From contig NIVC01000698.1 in assembly GCA_002269645.1 (NCBI GenBank), forward strand, positions 76,731-140,730: a DNA stretch of 64,000 bases. The letters run 5' to 3'. Position 1 is the first letter of the stretch. Each line of letters begins with the position of its first letter. The position numbers and the translations under genes were made by a program. Source of the DNA: Macrostomum lignano (taxonomy: Eukaryota). Of the stretch, positions 62,291-64,000 are shown piece after piece. Below the pieces are notes generated by a model. The model searched no databases and was not told the DNA's origin. It worked only from the letters and a program-made list of their open reading frames with translations.

Positions 62291-64000
62291 AGCCTCCGGG
62301 CCTCAGGTCTCAGAAATAAATCAATTAGAGTCCTGGCCCCCCACTCCTGTCAGATGGTCAGCCCCAAGGTAGCTTGATCTGTGGCGAGCAGTCTAGGTCC
62401 TATAGCTAAGAGAGGGACAGCGAGAGACAAGCAGGGAGAATTTCGAAGGTAGAGTTGGCTAATCCGCAGATTAACTAACCCGCTGCCACCAGCCCGTGCG
62501 TACTGGCTCACCAAACCAGAACTTTCGAAATCGGGCTTCCGACTAGAAGGGGCAATTAGCACTTACCTGCCAACTAGTGTCTTTTTGCTGTCAATCTCGA
62601 AGTCTGCATAGCCGATGATAAGGGACACTGCTGGGACTAGATCGCATTGGCCATGCAGGTACAGAGGGGACTTGTGCAGGGGATTCTTGCAGTGGCGAGT
62701 CTATGGGGTAGCTACATGTACTATTACATTGCTAAATACGAGGGATTGTACTTTTGGCCTTCAACGTGCTAACCAGCCTCTCGTAGCGCTGATGATAGAC
62801 TAACTCGAACTTTAGAGATCGCATGATTCATTACCCGAGCCGCTTGGCGAATTTAGAGTGCACGGAAGTACATCTCTAGCGCCGATTTTGCACTATTGGC
62901 AATTTCGCTAACTGATTTGATAAATGGATCAACTGAGAGCCGCCTTGCCATTGGTCTACTGCGACCGGCGCCTACTAGCTTAGTTCCTCATCTGAGCCAT
63001 CGGCGAACAAAGAAATAAAACCGATAAAATAAATGCCGGATTTAACCTTCTCACTGATATCACACTTCAGATTGAATTGGAGTTTCAGACTACTAACAGT
63101 ATTATTGAATGATTTATGCCTCAATAACAGCACTACTGAACAAAATTAGCAAAAGTGTGCGCCTAATCCAGCTACTGAAATAGGGGACAGATAAGGAATC
63201 ACCCAATCAAGCAAGTCTAGGTAGCCTCTCACCCAACCAATCAGAAACTCAAAGCCCGGAGACCAGGTAATCCACAGTGACCGAATCGGCTTGGTGCTTC
63301 GCAGCTGTAGGCCGGAATGATGCTGTCACAATCGCTGCAGATAGCTAGCAGGTGATGGATCTTAACTTCGATGCTTGATGCAATCAACCGGGGAGACGTC
63401 CTGGATGATGAGGGGGGGGGGGTTGTTGCAATCCGGGGATCAAGAGACGACGGTCGTGACTCCGGAATGGGAGCCGCCAACGTAAAGTGGTTCGAGTCCC
63501 GGGAGCCGAAGGTGTAGAACAGTGCGTGCCAAAAACATCGGTTTATATAGCCGCCGCAACTGGACTGCAATTTGTTAAAATGGAACACCTCGACGCTGAT
63601 TGGCTGAGCCGATTTGTTATAACTGATGTCGAATTTTCTGATTTGGCTGAGCTTGTTGCCATCCAACCTCACGTGACCAAAAGATCCTATTAGTTCCCTC
63701 GGGGCCATAAAATACGCCAGGTGTTGTCATAAACCACTCAAAATCGCTACATTATGATTTATGACCTTTCGCGTAGGAATGACAGAAATTAATGAAAAAA
63801 TATGCATTAGAAAGATCTTCTTAAGTAGAAGGTGAAGATGGTGAAGAGAAATCGCTAATCGCTAATCCCAAAGTACTTTTAGGGGTAAAACGCATAGCTG
63901 TCAGAGCTGTCACACGCTTGAGTGAACACGAACAATAGGCTCCAACTTCATAAATCTGATGGCCTGTCAAAAATGAAGAGAAAAAAGCTACCGCCCGCAT

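Overview
Eukaryotic (metazoan) genomic DNA, not prokaryotic: there are spliceosomal GT-AG introns, and no CRISPR array or rRNA was seen. GC-rich coding exons, minisatellite-filled introns and a possible spliced-leader-dependent start suggest a flatworm such as Macrostomum; this is inference only. Six host genes were reconstructed by hand: SLC41-type Mg2+ transporter (-, 5 exons), G-protein gamma subunit (-, 1 coding exon), vigilin/HDLBP (-, 8 coding exons), NUP43 (+, 3 exons), RMND1 (+, 3 exons) and a CDK2AP1-like gene (-). The rest is mostly repeats: two near-intact DD34D mariner copies, two non-autonomous hAT-type elements with perfect 8-bp TSDs, five copies of a CATACA-ended MITE with 8-bp TSDs, a CMC/EnSpm-like element, a Helitron-like element, tRNA-derived SINEs, a non-LTR RT fragment and many tandem repeats. 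The main points of interest are: (1) RMND1 has no in-frame ATG for its mitochondrial-type presequence and starts right at a splice acceptor ~450 bp after the NUP43 poly(A) signal, consistent with an operon whose start codon comes from a trans-spliced leader; (2) CpG-depleted blocks lie just 5' of the first coding acceptor of four genes, with repeat copies acting as internal mutation calibrators; (3) 14 of 15 reconstructed coding introns are phase 0, and many carry their own private minisatellite. All counts were made by eye and should be verified computationally.
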